From the NCBI GenBank assembly GCA_963817895.1, contig CAWFQB010000001.1, positions 448,001-512,000 of the forward strand: a DNA stretch of 64,000 nucleotides. The letters are read 5' to 3'. Position numbers and translations under genes: made by a program. This DNA comes from an uncultured Chthonomonadaceae bacterium (GTDB lineage: Bacteria > Armatimonadota > Chthonomonadetes > Chthonomonadales > Chthonomonadaceae). This document shows positions 19,795 to 30,767 of this stretch, in pieces; within the stretch, counting starts at the first letter, position 1, and each line of letters opens with the position of its first letter. Under the pieces are notes generated by a model, which made no database searches, was not told the DNA's origin, and saw nothing but the letters and a program-made list of their open reading frames with translations.

Positions 19795-20685
19795 TTAAAT
19801 ATCGCGCTTCTGAAACAGCGCGACGCCGATAAGAAAAACAACGACAATGTAGACCAGAACATACACGATGTCCAGATGGGCGAAATTCAGATGCGTTTGA
19901 CCCCAGTTGGTTAGAAACTCCGGCGATTGCCATTGGCCGAAGCCGCGTCCGCTCAGGGAGGGCAAAATCAGGGGTTCAACCTGCCCCTCAACCCACCAGC
20001 CGACATAGCCCTGCGGCACAACCAGGCCGACAGCATCGGCAATCCACCGCAAAATGTCCACATCGTATTGATTTCCCAGCGCGTTGAAAATGCCGTCGAA
20101 CCAGGCCAACGCGCCCAGAGTCACGGCGATAACGGTTCCGAACAAACGCGGCGCAGCCGTGGAAATGGTCAGGGTGACGGTGGAAAGCAGCACGGGAAAC
20201 AACGTGAGCAGCGGGCCGGCGCGCAAAATGGCGCTGACATCCACGCCGCATTGCTGATTAAACGACACCCATACCATGAACGTCCAAACAAGGGTACTGC
20301 ATACCAGAATGATATTGATACCGATCCACTTGCCGAGCAGGATTTGCCAGCGCGGTACGGGCTTGGGCAAAATCACAGACATCAACCCGCTTTCGATTTC
20401 GCCGGAAATAGCTCCGCCCGCCAGCAGAGCGGAAAACAACGCGCCGAGCGACTTGATGGAGGAGAGACAGAGCGATATGATAATAGCGCGACCAGAAATC
20501 GCGTTCATGCTGTAGCGCACGGGGTTGATACGTCCGATAGCCAGCATGTGGTCATTATGGCGCTGCATCGGTATGAGCATAAAGGACACTCCCAGTACCA
20601 GCAACCCCATCAGCAGCGCTCCGAACAGCGTCCGCCGCCGCACCGCTTCTTTCAATGTCAAACCCGCAATCGTAAAAACAGCCAT
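19795..20685 (-). CDS. ABC-2 type transporter permease
   Basis: LTLKEAVRRR; ISGEIESG..ILPKPVPRWQILLGKWIG; FQKRDI. Confidence 0.9.
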   Translation of the reverse strand: MAVFTIAGLTLKEAVRRRTLFGALLMGLLVLGVSFMLIPMQRHNDHMLAIGRINPVRYSMNAISGRAIIISLCLSSIKSLGALFSALLAGGAISGEIESGLMSVILPKPVPRWQILLGKWIGINIILVCSTLVWTFMVWVSFNQQCGVDVSAILRAGPLLTLFPVLLSTVTLTISTAAPRLFGTVIAVTLGALAWFDGIFNALGNQYDVDILRWIADAVGLVVPQGYVGWWVEGQVEPLILPSLSGRGFGQWQSPEFLTNWGQTHLNFAHLDIVYVLVYIVVVFLIGVALFQKRDI

Positions 20686-20725
20686 GTGCGCGGCTATGCC
20701 TTTCTAAATAACATGTCCTGAGTAG

Positions 20726-20771
20726 CCCTCAACCCCTAACCCCTTCTCCCAAAAAAGCCTGGGAGAAAGGG
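20726..20771. repeat. REP-like hairpin (CCCTCA..CCCTTCTCCC..GGGAGAAAGGG)
   Basis: Palindromic stem of the same style as the arms at 24097 and 24312. Confidence 0.55.
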
Positions 20772-21138
20772 AACTTGTGAAGTTTAACGCGAAGCAAGCA
20801 GTAGTTTTATTGTACCGCGTTCTGTTTCCCTGTCTGGCATTTCCGTGAAAAATGCCGGTGTTCGGGTATTCAGATCTTCAGGTCTTCGGCAGGCATACCA
20901 AAGTTAACTTTGCGCAGAATGAACCGAATTGCATGGACATGGAACAAAAGAGAACGCATATTAAGGAAGGAATCCTTCTGCTGTAGACGCAATTTAGAAG
21001 CGCAACGGTGTCACCAAACTCCGTCCGCGCCCGTATATCGTTACAATGCAGAAGATGGAAGACGGAAGACAGAAGACAGACGCCTAACAACCTAACAACT
21101 AACAACCTAACAACCTAGTTGAAGGAAAGAGTAAGTCC

Positions 21139-22731
21139 ATGCCGATGATGTTCAATTCCCAGGAAGATCACTCTCAGGAGAACCAGGCGCAGGCGGGGGC
21201 GCAGGAGCGCCGCTACGACCCGGAAACGCTGCAAAAAGTGGCTGTGCTTGCCACCCGCTTGCAGCACGAACACCAGGAACAGCCCACAATTCACGAGCAT
21301 TTGACGGCAGGCCAGATGGAAGCAATCGGCCTGGAAGTGGGACTGCGCCCGGAATTCGTGCAGCAGGCGCTTGCGCAACTGGAAGAGGACCGCATCCGGC
21401 TTGAGCAGGAGAAACAGCGGCAGGATGGGGAAGAAAAGCAACGTCAGGAACAACTCGCCGAACAGCGCCGCCTGCATGAACAGACGACGCTGCACAAAAC
21501 CGCGCTGCAAACCCAAACGAAGGCCGGAAACGCGGAATTCTATTCCGCCTGCGCCGCGATGGCGATTCCGTTCGTGTTCGGGTTTCTGGCCTGGCACTTC
21601 AAAAGCACGCAATGGATGGGCGGCCTTGTCACGGACGGCTATTCGCATCCCATTACGGTCGCGCGCCCCGGAATGTTGGCCGGGTTCACGCTGATCACGC
21701 CCGCGCCTCTCGCCCTGATGATGGGTTTTCTGGCGGGAAAAAGACGGGTCGCGTTTGCCGCGTCTATGGCGCTGCTTTTGACGCTCGCGCCCAGCTTCCC
21801 CTTTCTGGCGGAAACCAGCCAGAGCTACTATTACACGCTGACACACCTTGCCGGCTCCGGCTTTGTGGATATGTTCGCGTATGTTATGCTCGGCCTGCCC
21901 ATCGTGGGCCTGATGGCGGTGGCGGGAGCCTGGGCGCGTAAAACCTATTTCCCGTTCGGCGGCAAATCGCGCGACAATGCCGACGCGCATTCGGTACAGC
22001 ATAAGGAGTACGCCCCGCAGCAAGTCGCGCCCGTCCCCTCACAGCCGTATATGCAGAATATGGCCGCGCAGCCCTACGCGCAAAATATGACGGGACAATC
22101 GTATGCGCAGAACGTGGCGGCGCAGCCCTATATGCACAATACGGCGGCGCAGCCGTATGCGCAGAACGTGGCGACGCAACCGTATGCGCAAACGCAGCCG
22201 CCGGTTCCGCGCTACGACCCCGCGCAGGCTCCCATGCAGGCCACGCCCAATTTGCGGCAGAATCATCGCGCTTATCTCAGTCTGGATGTGAGCGATAAGG
22301 AAAAACTGCGGCAAAGCGCAACTCTGGTAGCCGTAGACTACTCCTTCAAGCAGTTCCGTTCGTGGGTGGAGGAGATTGCGCGCGGCTGCGGGGGCGAAAT
22401 GGAAGCGGGCGTCAATCTCATGGCGACCTTCCCCACAGACGCGCAGGCGATGCGGGCCGCCCGGCTGTTGCAGGAGCGCCTGCCGCAATTCAACCAATCG
22501 CTCAACCGCCTGCCCCTGCCGTTCCAACTGCGGGCGGCGGTAAGCGCGGGCGAGGCGGGTTTTCACCCCGCGTCACAGCGCAGCGCGGCCCTGCTCCGCG
22601 CCGCAAGTCCCGGCGACACGATTATCAGCAGCGAAGTGGGCGCGGCGGCCCTTGCCGAATTGGGACAACTCACGCCCGCGCCGTCTTCCCTGATGGGCGA
22701 TATGGCGTTTGTCTGGAAAAGGCAGGGTTGA
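21139..22731 (+). CDS. Membrane protein with a 9-aa repeat linker and a degenerate class III nucleotide cyclase-like C-terminal domain
   Basis: N-terminal helical domain, about 4 TMs, (QPYAQNVAA)-like repeats, AYLSLDV..LMATF..LRAAVSAGE..PGDTIISSEV. Confidence 0.7.
   Translation: MPMMFNSQEDHSQENQAQAGAQERRYDPETLQKVAVLATRLQHEHQEQPTIHEHLTAGQMEAIGLEVGLRPEFVQQALAQLEEDRIRLEQEKQRQDGEEKQRQEQLAEQRRLHEQTTLHKTALQTQTKAGNAEFYSACAAMAIPFVFGFLAWHFKSTQWMGGLVTDGYSHPITVARPGMLAGFTLITPAPLALMMGFLAGKRRVAFAASMALLLTLAPSFPFLAETSQSYYYTLTHLAGSGFVDMFAYVMLGLPIVGLMAVAGAWARKTYFPFGGKSRDNADAHSVQHKEYAPQQVAPVPSQPYMQNMAAQPYAQNMTGQSYAQNVAAQPYMHNTAAQPYAQNVATQPYAQTQPPVPRYDPAQAPMQATPNLRQNHRAYLSLDVSDKEKLRQSATLVAVDYSFKQFRSWVEEIARGCGGEMEAGVNLMATFPTDAQAMRAARLLQERLPQFNQSLNRLPLPFQLRAAVSAGEAGFHPASQRSAALLRAASPGDTIISSEVGAAALAELGQLTPAPSSLMGDMAFVWKRQG
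22042..22194 (+). repeat. In-frame 27-bp tandem repeat, about 5.5 copies
   Basis: CAGCCGTATGCGCAGAACGTGGCG-like units. Confidence 0.85.
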
Positions 22732-22882
22732 GAAAAAACAGGCTTTGAAAAATTGTTCCCGCCTGCTGCTATGCGTGGTAGGACGGGAACCATTTGCGCG
22801 TCTTATCTGTCGCGTCAGCGGCGAATTGTTCCGGCAAGTTTGTGAGAGGGCATAGTCCCCATTAGAAAAGGAATTGCGTTAT

Positions 22883-24094
22883 ATGAAACGTTCGTATTTG
22901 CTTGCTCCCGTCGCAGTAGTGGGATTGTGGAGTCTGGCCGGGTGCGGTGGGCCAAGAACGCAGCCTGCTCCCATGGCCCCGCCCGTCGCGCAATCCGCGC
23001 CGATGAATGGAAACATGAATGGCGGCATGAATGGCAACATGAATGGGGGAATGAACGGCGGCATGGGCGGCAACATGCCCGTCAGCAATCAGCGGGGCGG
23101 CGTGTACAACTGGCAGGATGTGCCTGTAAATCAGCAGGTCGGCATCCAGAGCGCCCAGTTCGATCAGGGCGGCTACCAGTTGATTACCGATAGCGGCGAT
23201 ACCATCGTCGTGCCGTTCGCCAACCAGAATTTATACGTGATGAAGTTCGGGCGAACGAATGGGCAGCCGTATTTCGTCAACGAGGGCGGCGCTCCGACGC
23301 TGTACCTGTCGCAGAACTTCGGGCTGGCGAACGCCAACGCGCAGGGCGCATTATGGTATCCCATTCCTGCCAATTACAATTATACGCGCCCGATGTATGT
23401 GGGGCTGGCTCCCACCTGGAGCGATTACATGGGTATGGGCTGGTATCCGGGCATGAGGATGTACGGCGGCATGTACGGCTACAACCCCGGCAGTTTTGTC
23501 TGGATGCCCGGATTCAACATCAACATCGGCGGAAGCCCCTATTATGGCTGGAATTCGTACCATTCGTACTACATGGGCCATCCCGGTTATTACCGTCCGA
23601 GCGTGGTGTACAACAATTACAATACGGCTCCGCGTGGAACCGGTTCCTACCGCTACACAGGTTCCTACGGCAACAACGGGCGCAATGCGGGTTCTTTCGG
23701 CAGCCGTCCCTCTACGTCTACGGGTTCTTTCGGCAGCCGTCCGTCCGGTTCGACCGGCTCGTTTGGCAGCCGACCTTCGGGAACGTTCGGTTCTCGGCCT
23801 ACGGGCGCGTTCGGCAATAGTGGCGGCAGTACCGGTTCCTTTGGCGGCGCGCGTCCCACTTTTAATAGTGGAACCTCGTCTCCGTCCGGCGGAACTTTTG
23901 GCAGCCGTCCGTCAAGTGGCTCTTTCGGCAGCCGTCCGTCAAGTGGCTCTTTCGGCAGCGGGGGAGGCGGTTACTCCTCGCGGCCTACGCGCAGCAGCGG
24001 CGGTTCTTTCGGCGGCGGTTCGGTGAGTCGGCCCTCCGGCGGCGGCTCGTTCAGCCGACCTTCCGGCGGCGGTTCCTTTGGGCGGCGGCGGTAG
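22883..24094 (+). CDS. Lipoprotein with Tyr/Gly-rich region and GSFGSRPS-repeat tail
   Basis: Lipobox SLAG-C, NMNGGM repeats, about 11 FG motifs. Confidence 0.8.
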   Translation: MKRSYLLAPVAVVGLWSLAGCGGPRTQPAPMAPPVAQSAPMNGNMNGGMNGNMNGGMNGGMGGNMPVSNQRGGVYNWQDVPVNQQVGIQSAQFDQGGYQLITDSGDTIVVPFANQNLYVMKFGRTNGQPYFVNEGGAPTLYLSQNFGLANANAQGALWYPIPANYNYTRPMYVGLAPTWSDYMGMGWYPGMRMYGGMYGYNPGSFVWMPGFNINIGGSPYYGWNSYHSYYMGHPGYYRPSVVYNNYNTAPRGTGSYRYTGSYGNNGRNAGSFGSRPSTSTGSFGSRPSGSTGSFGSRPSGTFGSRPTGAFGNSGGSTGSFGGARPTFNSGTSSPSGGTFGSRPSSGSFGSRPSSGSFGSGGGGYSSRPTRSSGGSFGGGSVSRPSGGGSFSRPSGGGSFGRRR

Positions 24095-24096
24095 GG

Positions 24097-24382
24097 TTTA
24101 CCTCACCGGGCGTCCACTTGTGGACACGGCCCCTCTCCTAGCCGCGCAACGCGCCAGGAGAGGGGAGAACGTAATTGGTAGTCTTCGCCAACTGCGTAAT
24201 GTATTTTACGCAGTGAGAGCAATGCGCGTATGTTTTACAGCCACATGCGAGTCCTGATCAATGCTCAACGCGTTCAAATTACCGGTTGGCAGGAAGGTGT
24301 GAATGAATAGCCTCCCCTCTCCTGGCGCGTTGCGCGACTAGGAGAGGGGCCGTGTCCACAAGTGGACGCCCGGTGAGGTAAA
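24097..24382. repeat. REP-doublet/MITE-like element with 71-bp inverted arms
   Basis: 24097-24167 versus 24312-24382 are 70/71 complementary. Each arm holds two hairpins. Confidence 0.85.
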
Positions 24383-24495
24383 AACCGTAAGCATTTCTGA
24401 AACCGGCAAAAATTGGCAGCGTAGTGGGGATGGGAGCCGCGCAGAGCGCGCTGGCGGCGTAAAATGAGCGGAATGGCTCAGGAGATTAGAAGACT

Positions 24496-26979
24496 GTGCT
24501 GCAAGTAAATCCTCCAATTTATCGCGGGGCGCATCGGGGCAAAGCGCGGTTTGCCACGCTGCTGGTACTGACCGCAATGGCATCGGGCGGCGTGTATGCG
24601 TATCGCCATTTCTTTCATCGCGGCGGGGAAGCCGCCACGCAGTTGATTCCCGCCGACGCGCTTGTTGTCGTCACCCTTGACGCCGTGCCGTCTGCCGGAC
24701 AGGTGGGAGTGTTCAAGCGCATTGCCGATGCCTGCCGCGCCGAACATCTGGATACCACGCTGGAAGACATGATTGGCCGCGCGCAGGGCAGTTCACCCCT
24801 TGCGCGGGATATGCGTCCGTTTGCGGTCGGGAGCGCGGCGTATGCGCTGCTGAAAACCGGCAACAACAACGCGGCAGGCATTGGCGGTATGGGAATCGCG
24901 CCGCAGGGCGATAATGCGTGGTTTGTGGCGGTCAGCGACGCGGGCAAGGTTCAGGACGTTTTGAACCGGGACGCGCAGAAGAGCGCGGCGAACGGTCTGG
25001 ACTACTACACGGTCGGGGGCGAAACGCGCTGCATGGCCGTAATGGGCAATTATCTGGTGACAGCCGACAAGCCGGAAGATTTGACCCGCATCGAGGCCGC
25101 GCGCCGGGGAGAAACGCCCGCGATTGCCACCCTTGCCGATTATCAGCAGGCGCGAACCGCCCTCCCGCCCGATAGCAACATGATGCTGTTTGTGTCCGCC
25201 GGAGCGCTCACTCCCAACCAACAAAATGGACAAAACGGGCAAGGCGGAAACAACACTTCTTCCGGCAGTCTGCTGCAGGGCGTTCGCAACCCGATGCAGC
25301 GGACGCGCTATATGGCAATGGGCTTTGCTATTCACGACAGGGGGATTGACAGCGTGATGCTGATGCCTGCCGAACCGCCGACGGGAGCGGACGGGCAGGC
25401 AATCAGCCACATCGCGCCTTTCGATACCAATCTGTTCAGTAAAATGCCGGGGGGCGCGTATGGAATCCTCGCGCTGTCGCAGCCCGGAAAGTATTACCAC
25501 TACGCGAACGCGCTGGCAAGCGTGGACAGCCATTTTCGGCAGTCACTCAATGAGGGTGTACACAGTTTCGAGCGGGAAACGGGGCTGAACCTGACACGGG
25601 ACGTTCTTCCCGGCGCAAACGGCAACGTGGCGCTGGCGATCTACCCGGACGCGGACAATCCACAGCAGAACGTGGACGGCCTGCTCGTGATGGATGACGC
25701 CAACGGAGCCGACCCCGCCGCCCTTGCGGATCGTATTCGCTCTTATGTGGAGCGCGAATCGGCGCGGCATGGCAGGCAGGCGTGGCGCTACACTTCAGAA
25801 AATCGCAATGGCGTTCTGATCTGGACGCTGAACCCGGAAGCGCAGGGAGAAGTACAGCGTTCGCTCGGCAACGGCGCGTCACAGATGGGGATCAGGGGGC
25901 AGGATTCAGGGGGCAGGGGTCAGGGCAATGCGCCGTTCAGCGCGGATAACCCGCCGATATTCGGCAATACGCCTGATGGCGGCAATCCGAATAGCAATGG
26001 GAACAACGGGCCGGATAACGGGCGCGGCAACAACAGCAACAGCGGCGGTGACAATCACGACGGCGCGAACAACAACGCTAACGGCAGCAACAGCAACGGC
26101 GGTAACAGTAGTGACAACAGTAACGCGGGGGGCGTGGACCGGCGCGGCGACAATGGCAGCCTGCTGAACAGCGGCGGCAGCAGTCGGCAAAGCAGCGATG
26201 TGGATGTGCATATTCATGGCAGCAGTGACGGGCGCGTTTATGATGACACGTTCGACCTGCATCACGGCGCGGATCGGGTTCACGCCGACCACAACGGCGT
26301 GGATGTGCGGACAGGCGAGGGCGATTCCCTGCGTATCAATCGCAACGGCCTGAGCCTCCGTTCCCATGACGGCGACCACGTAGAAATCAACCCGCATGGC
26401 GTGGACATTCATGCCCATGATAACGGAACCGGGCAAAATGGGAATACGTCCAACGGTTCACAGGCCAGCAACGCGCCGAACGGCTCAGCCCCGAACGGCA
26501 CAGTCCAACCGACAATGCGCGGCAATGTAACCCCGCCTGCCCAACCGGACGCGGGCATACAGCAGGCCATGCGCAACAAAACCGTCGCGTACGCGCAAAT
26601 CGGGCACGTTTTGCTGGTGGCGTCCTCCCTTCATACGCTGGATCGGGCCATTGCCGCGTACCAGAACGGCAGCAACACGATGGCGACCGATCCCGGCTAC
26701 GGGCAGATGCGGCAGCAGATGACAGGGGGCGCGCAAAATGCTATACTGATTAACCTGCCCGCTATTCTGGAAGCGGCGCGTCCGGCACTGACGCAGACAC
26801 TCGGCAGCGCGAACGCGGGTATCAGCGCGGACGATATTCTGCATCTTGCCGGTGACGCGGGCAACGGCCTTGTTTTCACGCAGCAGTACGACGGCAACAC
26901 CTTCAAAGTCACCTGCTTCCTGCCGGTGGATTATGAGAAGGCGATACATGTTATGGGAGGTAGATGGGTAGGTAGGTAG
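24496..26979 (+). CDS. Membrane-anchored DUF3352-like protein with Asn/Gly low-complexity insertion
   Basis: N-terminal TM; LIPADALVVV; YLVTADKPEDL; VAYAQIGHVLLVAS. Confidence 0.65.
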   Translation: MLQVNPPIYRGAHRGKARFATLLVLTAMASGGVYAYRHFFHRGGEAATQLIPADALVVVTLDAVPSAGQVGVFKRIADACRAEHLDTTLEDMIGRAQGSSPLARDMRPFAVGSAAYALLKTGNNNAAGIGGMGIAPQGDNAWFVAVSDAGKVQDVLNRDAQKSAANGLDYYTVGGETRCMAVMGNYLVTADKPEDLTRIEAARRGETPAIATLADYQQARTALPPDSNMMLFVSAGALTPNQQNGQNGQGGNNTSSGSLLQGVRNPMQRTRYMAMGFAIHDRGIDSVMLMPAEPPTGADGQAISHIAPFDTNLFSKMPGGAYGILALSQPGKYYHYANALASVDSHFRQSLNEGVHSFERETGLNLTRDVLPGANGNVALAIYPDADNPQQNVDGLLVMDDANGADPAALADRIRSYVERESARHGRQAWRYTSENRNGVLIWTLNPEAQGEVQRSLGNGASQMGIRGQDSGGRGQGNAPFSADNPPIFGNTPDGGNPNSNGNNGPDNGRGNNSNSGGDNHDGANNNANGSNSNGGNSSDNSNAGGVDRRGDNGSLLNSGGSSRQSSDVDVHIHGSSDGRVYDDTFDLHHGADRVHADHNGVDVRTGEGDSLRINRNGLSLRSHDGDHVEINPHGVDIHAHDNGTGQNGNTSNGSQASNAPNGSAPNGTVQPTMRGNVTPPAQPDAGIQQAMRNKTVAYAQIGHVLLVASSLHTLDRAIAAYQNGSNTMATDPGYGQMRQQMTGGAQNAILINLPAILEAARPALTQTLGSANAGISADDILHLAGDAGNGLVFTQQYDGNTFKVTCFLPVDYEKAIHVMGGRWVGR

Positions 26980-27078
26980 ATAGGTAGATAGGTAGGGAAC
27001 TCGTTTTTACAAGAGATTACATGCTGCACAGCTTAGTTCTACCTATCTACCCATCTACCTACCTACCCATCTACCTCC
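26956..27078. repeat. Inverted (GGTA/GGTAGATA)n microsatellite hairpin
   Basis: 40-bp arms 26956-26995 and 27039-27078 with one mismatch. Confidence 0.85.
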
Positions 27079-27090
27079 GGGGACTTTCTC

Positions 27091-27537
27091 TTGAATAATG
27101 TCGTATTTAATACGGGGGGCGATTGGGACAGCACGACGCTGTTCAACAATGGCATGGAAGTAATGGCCGCGCAGATGTTCATCGAACTTCATGCGGGGCG
27201 CGATTGGAACGGGATGCCGGCGCGGGGCGGCGTGTCGGATGGCGGGGATATTACCGCCATTATTCGCCCGCAGGACAACCCGGACGCGGAAATCGGCATT
27301 TTCCCCGGACGGTTGGAGATGAGTTTTCCCGGCCACAGCCTGCTCATGGAGAACATGCACCCCGGCTTTCAGTTTGAATTTACGCGCATTGTCTACAACG
27401 GGCAAGACGTGACGCGGAACGTGGTAGACATCTACGTAGACATCAACGCCGTAGACAACGTGGTACAGGCGTACATCACCCTGTACAAAGCGCACTGGTT
27501 CGGCTCCGATGAGGTCGCGACGTACAATATTATATGA
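27091..27537 (+). CDS. Hypothetical beta-rich protein
   Basis: 148-aa ORF with GC3-biased codons, TTG start. Confidence 0.75.
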   Translation: MNNVVFNTGGDWDSTTLFNNGMEVMAAQMFIELHAGRDWNGMPARGGVSDGGDITAIIRPQDNPDAEIGIFPGRLEMSFPGHSLLMENMHPGFQFEFTRIVYNGQDVTRNVVDIYVDINAVDNVVQAYITLYKAHWFGSDEVATYNII

Positions 27538-27619
27538 GTGAGTGTGGAGAGTGAAGAGTGAGAGTAAACAGGTCTTGTTCTCTCACTCTCACTCTCCACT
27601 CTCCACTTGCGAGGAAACA

Positions 27620-28417
<798 letters not shown>

Positions 28418-28427
28418 GAGACTCATC

Positions 28428-28991
28428 GTGTTCGGCAAACCTTCGCAGAATAATCCCGGCGGGCGCGGCCCGGCGGGGCATCCGTCAAATAATGGGCAAA
28501 GCGGAACTACGCGGCCTCCGGTTGCGGATGAGGCGCAGATACAGGGCGGCGGGCTGGCGCAGATCATTGTTACCGCGCAAACGCCGCTGACGTATTATCT
28601 GTTTCTGAACGATCAGTTCGTGTCGCAGATGGACATTGAGAGCCTGAATGTCGCCATTGAAGCGCCATCCGATACCGAGGCGGGCAGCGGCGTAATTCGC
28701 GCCACATTGGCGCGGTATGTGGACGCTATTACGGGCGGCAAGACCGTGCAGCGAACGGAACTGTTCCCGTGTACGCTGGAAATTGTCGCGCAAAAACGCC
28801 GCCTGTCCGTTATCTGTCAGGACCCGAACACGTTTGATGGCCTGTTCCTCACCGTAGGATTACAGCCGGATGGCAACAGCCGCGACCTGAATGGCGTTCA
28901 ATCCCTCACGGTGCTGCTGACGGAGGGGCTGTTCGACGCGAAAATCGTCTGGAACGACGGGCTGACGGAGAGCGTGTTTCCGCAGAGCTGA
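28428..28991 (+). CDS. Hypothetical protein, possible distant paralogue of 27091-27537
   Basis: GGAG RBS before GTG 28428; LFPCTLEI versus IFPGRLEM. Confidence 0.7.
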   Translation: MFGKPSQNNPGGRGPAGHPSNNGQSGTTRPPVADEAQIQGGGLAQIIVTAQTPLTYYLFLNDQFVSQMDIESLNVAIEAPSDTEAGSGVIRATLARYVDAITGGKTVQRTELFPCTLEIVAQKRRLSVICQDPNTFDGLFLTVGLQPDGNSRDLNGVQSLTVLLTEGLFDAKIVWNDGLTESVFPQS

Positions 28992-29221
28992 TGCAGAAAA
29001 AGCGCATTCTGTGGTTCCGCGTGATATAATGGCGTAACGAAGTGGGCAACGTGACGTACAATGAATATGTCACGCTGTTTGCGTTTGCGCGAAAGCTCCC
29101 GTAAAAAGCGCATCTGCGCAGGTCGGCGCGGCATGTAACAAAACCGCGCGTGCGGCGTCTTGATACGTATATCGCGTCAACAGGACTCGATTTGAACCTA
29201 TTTGGAAGAAGGCTGGATTTC

Positions 29222-30556
29222 ATGCCCTCCATACATTCTCTGATTTCAGATACCGCTTTAACCTCGCGCGGCGCGTTTCCTTCGGGTTCGCGCCACTCAT
29301 GTCCCTGGAAGGGCATGCTTGCTCTGTGCCTCGGTCTGGCTGTCATGTCGCGGCCATCGTGGGCATCGAGCGGGGAGAAAGCGTCCGGCGACACGGCCAA
29401 AACTGCTGTAGCAAAGGGCGCAAGCGCGGACGCCGGGGGCCGTCAAACGCCCCTGGCTGATCCGACGCCCGTAGACGATGGCGAAGTGAAACTGGGGCGC
29501 ATGAACGCCGAAGAGAATGACAGACAGGTCAAGCTGATTACCGACAGCAAGATTTTAGAGCGCGTGAACCGTATAGGCGGGGAACTGGCGCGTATCGCCA
29601 ACAACTACCCCATTCCCGCTACGTGGGGCAGTTCGCAATTGAAGCCGTTCAAGTACACCTTCAAAGTGGTGGACGACAAGGACGTGAACGCCTACTCGCT
29701 ACCGGGCGGGTTTATCTATGTTCACAAAGGCTTGATTGACGCCGTGCGCTCCGACGACGAACTGGCGGGCGTACTGGCGCACGAAATTGCCCACGCCGCG
29801 CACCATCATGTGCTGAAACTGATACGCGAACAGCGCAAGATTGATAACATCCTGATTCCTCTGGAAGCCCTTGCGGTCCTTGTGGCGGCAGGCAAGCGAG
29901 GACAGGGCGGGCAGACCGCGCAGCAGGCGCTGATGGCGGGGCAACTGTACACGACGGCCAAAGTGAACGGCTTCGGCATCGAAGCGGAGAAGGACGCCGA
30001 CCACGCGGGACTGCTGCTGATGACGCACTCGCGCTACAACCCCGTCGGATTGTACAGTTTTATGATTCGGCTGGCGCAATTGGAAAAATCGCGGGAACGC
30101 GGCGACCTGGGCATTTTCCGCACCCACCCGCCCGGCGCGGAGCGCGTCGAATCGGCAAAAGAATTGCTGGACAATCTCAACATTCCCATTCATCTGGCGG
30201 ATGTAGACCCTACGATCCGCGCTGTCGTCACGCCCGTCAAGGACAGCGGCATTGAAATGGCCGAAATCAAAATTCGCGGCATGGTCGTATGTCGAGTTAT
30301 CAGCGACGATGGGATTCCCGCAACGGAACGCGCCGCCGACATCGGCAAAAAACTGACCAAACTGCTGGATGATCGCTTGCAGCCGTTCGAGGTGAAAGTC
30401 AGTCGGGACGAGACGCGCATTATGGCGCGTAACCAAACGCTGTTTACGGACGCGGACGCCCACGCGCAAAACAAAACCATTGCCGAACTCGCGCGACAGA
30501 TTGCGGACGCGGTTTCACAAATCAGCCAGAAAGCGCAACTGGAAAACAATCCGTAG
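29222..30556 (+). CDS. M48-family metallopeptidase (start uncertain)
   Basis: VNAYSLPGGFIYV, DELAGVLAHEIAH, EKDAD, FRTHPP. Confidence 0.9.
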   Translation: MPSIHSLISDTALTSRGAFPSGSRHSCPWKGMLALCLGLAVMSRPSWASSGEKASGDTAKTAVAKGASADAGGRQTPLADPTPVDDGEVKLGRMNAEENDRQVKLITDSKILERVNRIGGELARIANNYPIPATWGSSQLKPFKYTFKVVDDKDVNAYSLPGGFIYVHKGLIDAVRSDDELAGVLAHEIAHAAHHHVLKLIREQRKIDNILIPLEALAVLVAAGKRGQGGQTAQQALMAGQLYTTAKVNGFGIEAEKDADHAGLLLMTHSRYNPVGLYSFMIRLAQLEKSRERGDLGIFRTHPPGAERVESAKELLDNLNIPIHLADVDPTIRAVVTPVKDSGIEMAEIKIRGMVVCRVISDDGIPATERAADIGKKLTKLLDDRLQPFEVKVSRDETRIMARNQTLFTDADAHAQNKTIAELARQIADAVSQISQKAQLENNP

Positions 30557-30589
30557 GCTTCAACAAATTCGGGATTGTGCCGTATGGTG

Positions 30590-30627
30590 AAAACACCCTG
30601 CAAGCGCGAACTTGCAGGGTGTTTTTT
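30590..30627 (+). terminator. Rho-independent terminator
   Basis: AAAACACCCTGCAAG/CTTGCAGGGTGTTTT stem followed by a T tract. Confidence 0.85.
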
Positions 30628-30767
30628 GCTGCTATGCCTGACGGGGTAGGACAAGTAGGAATTTCGATGTATTTCAGGGAACATAAACACGCTTTCGCAA
30701 CTCCCATACGTGGCTGTCAGTCGCAAGGCTAATTCCAGATGCCACTCACTGTAAATTTACGACTTCC

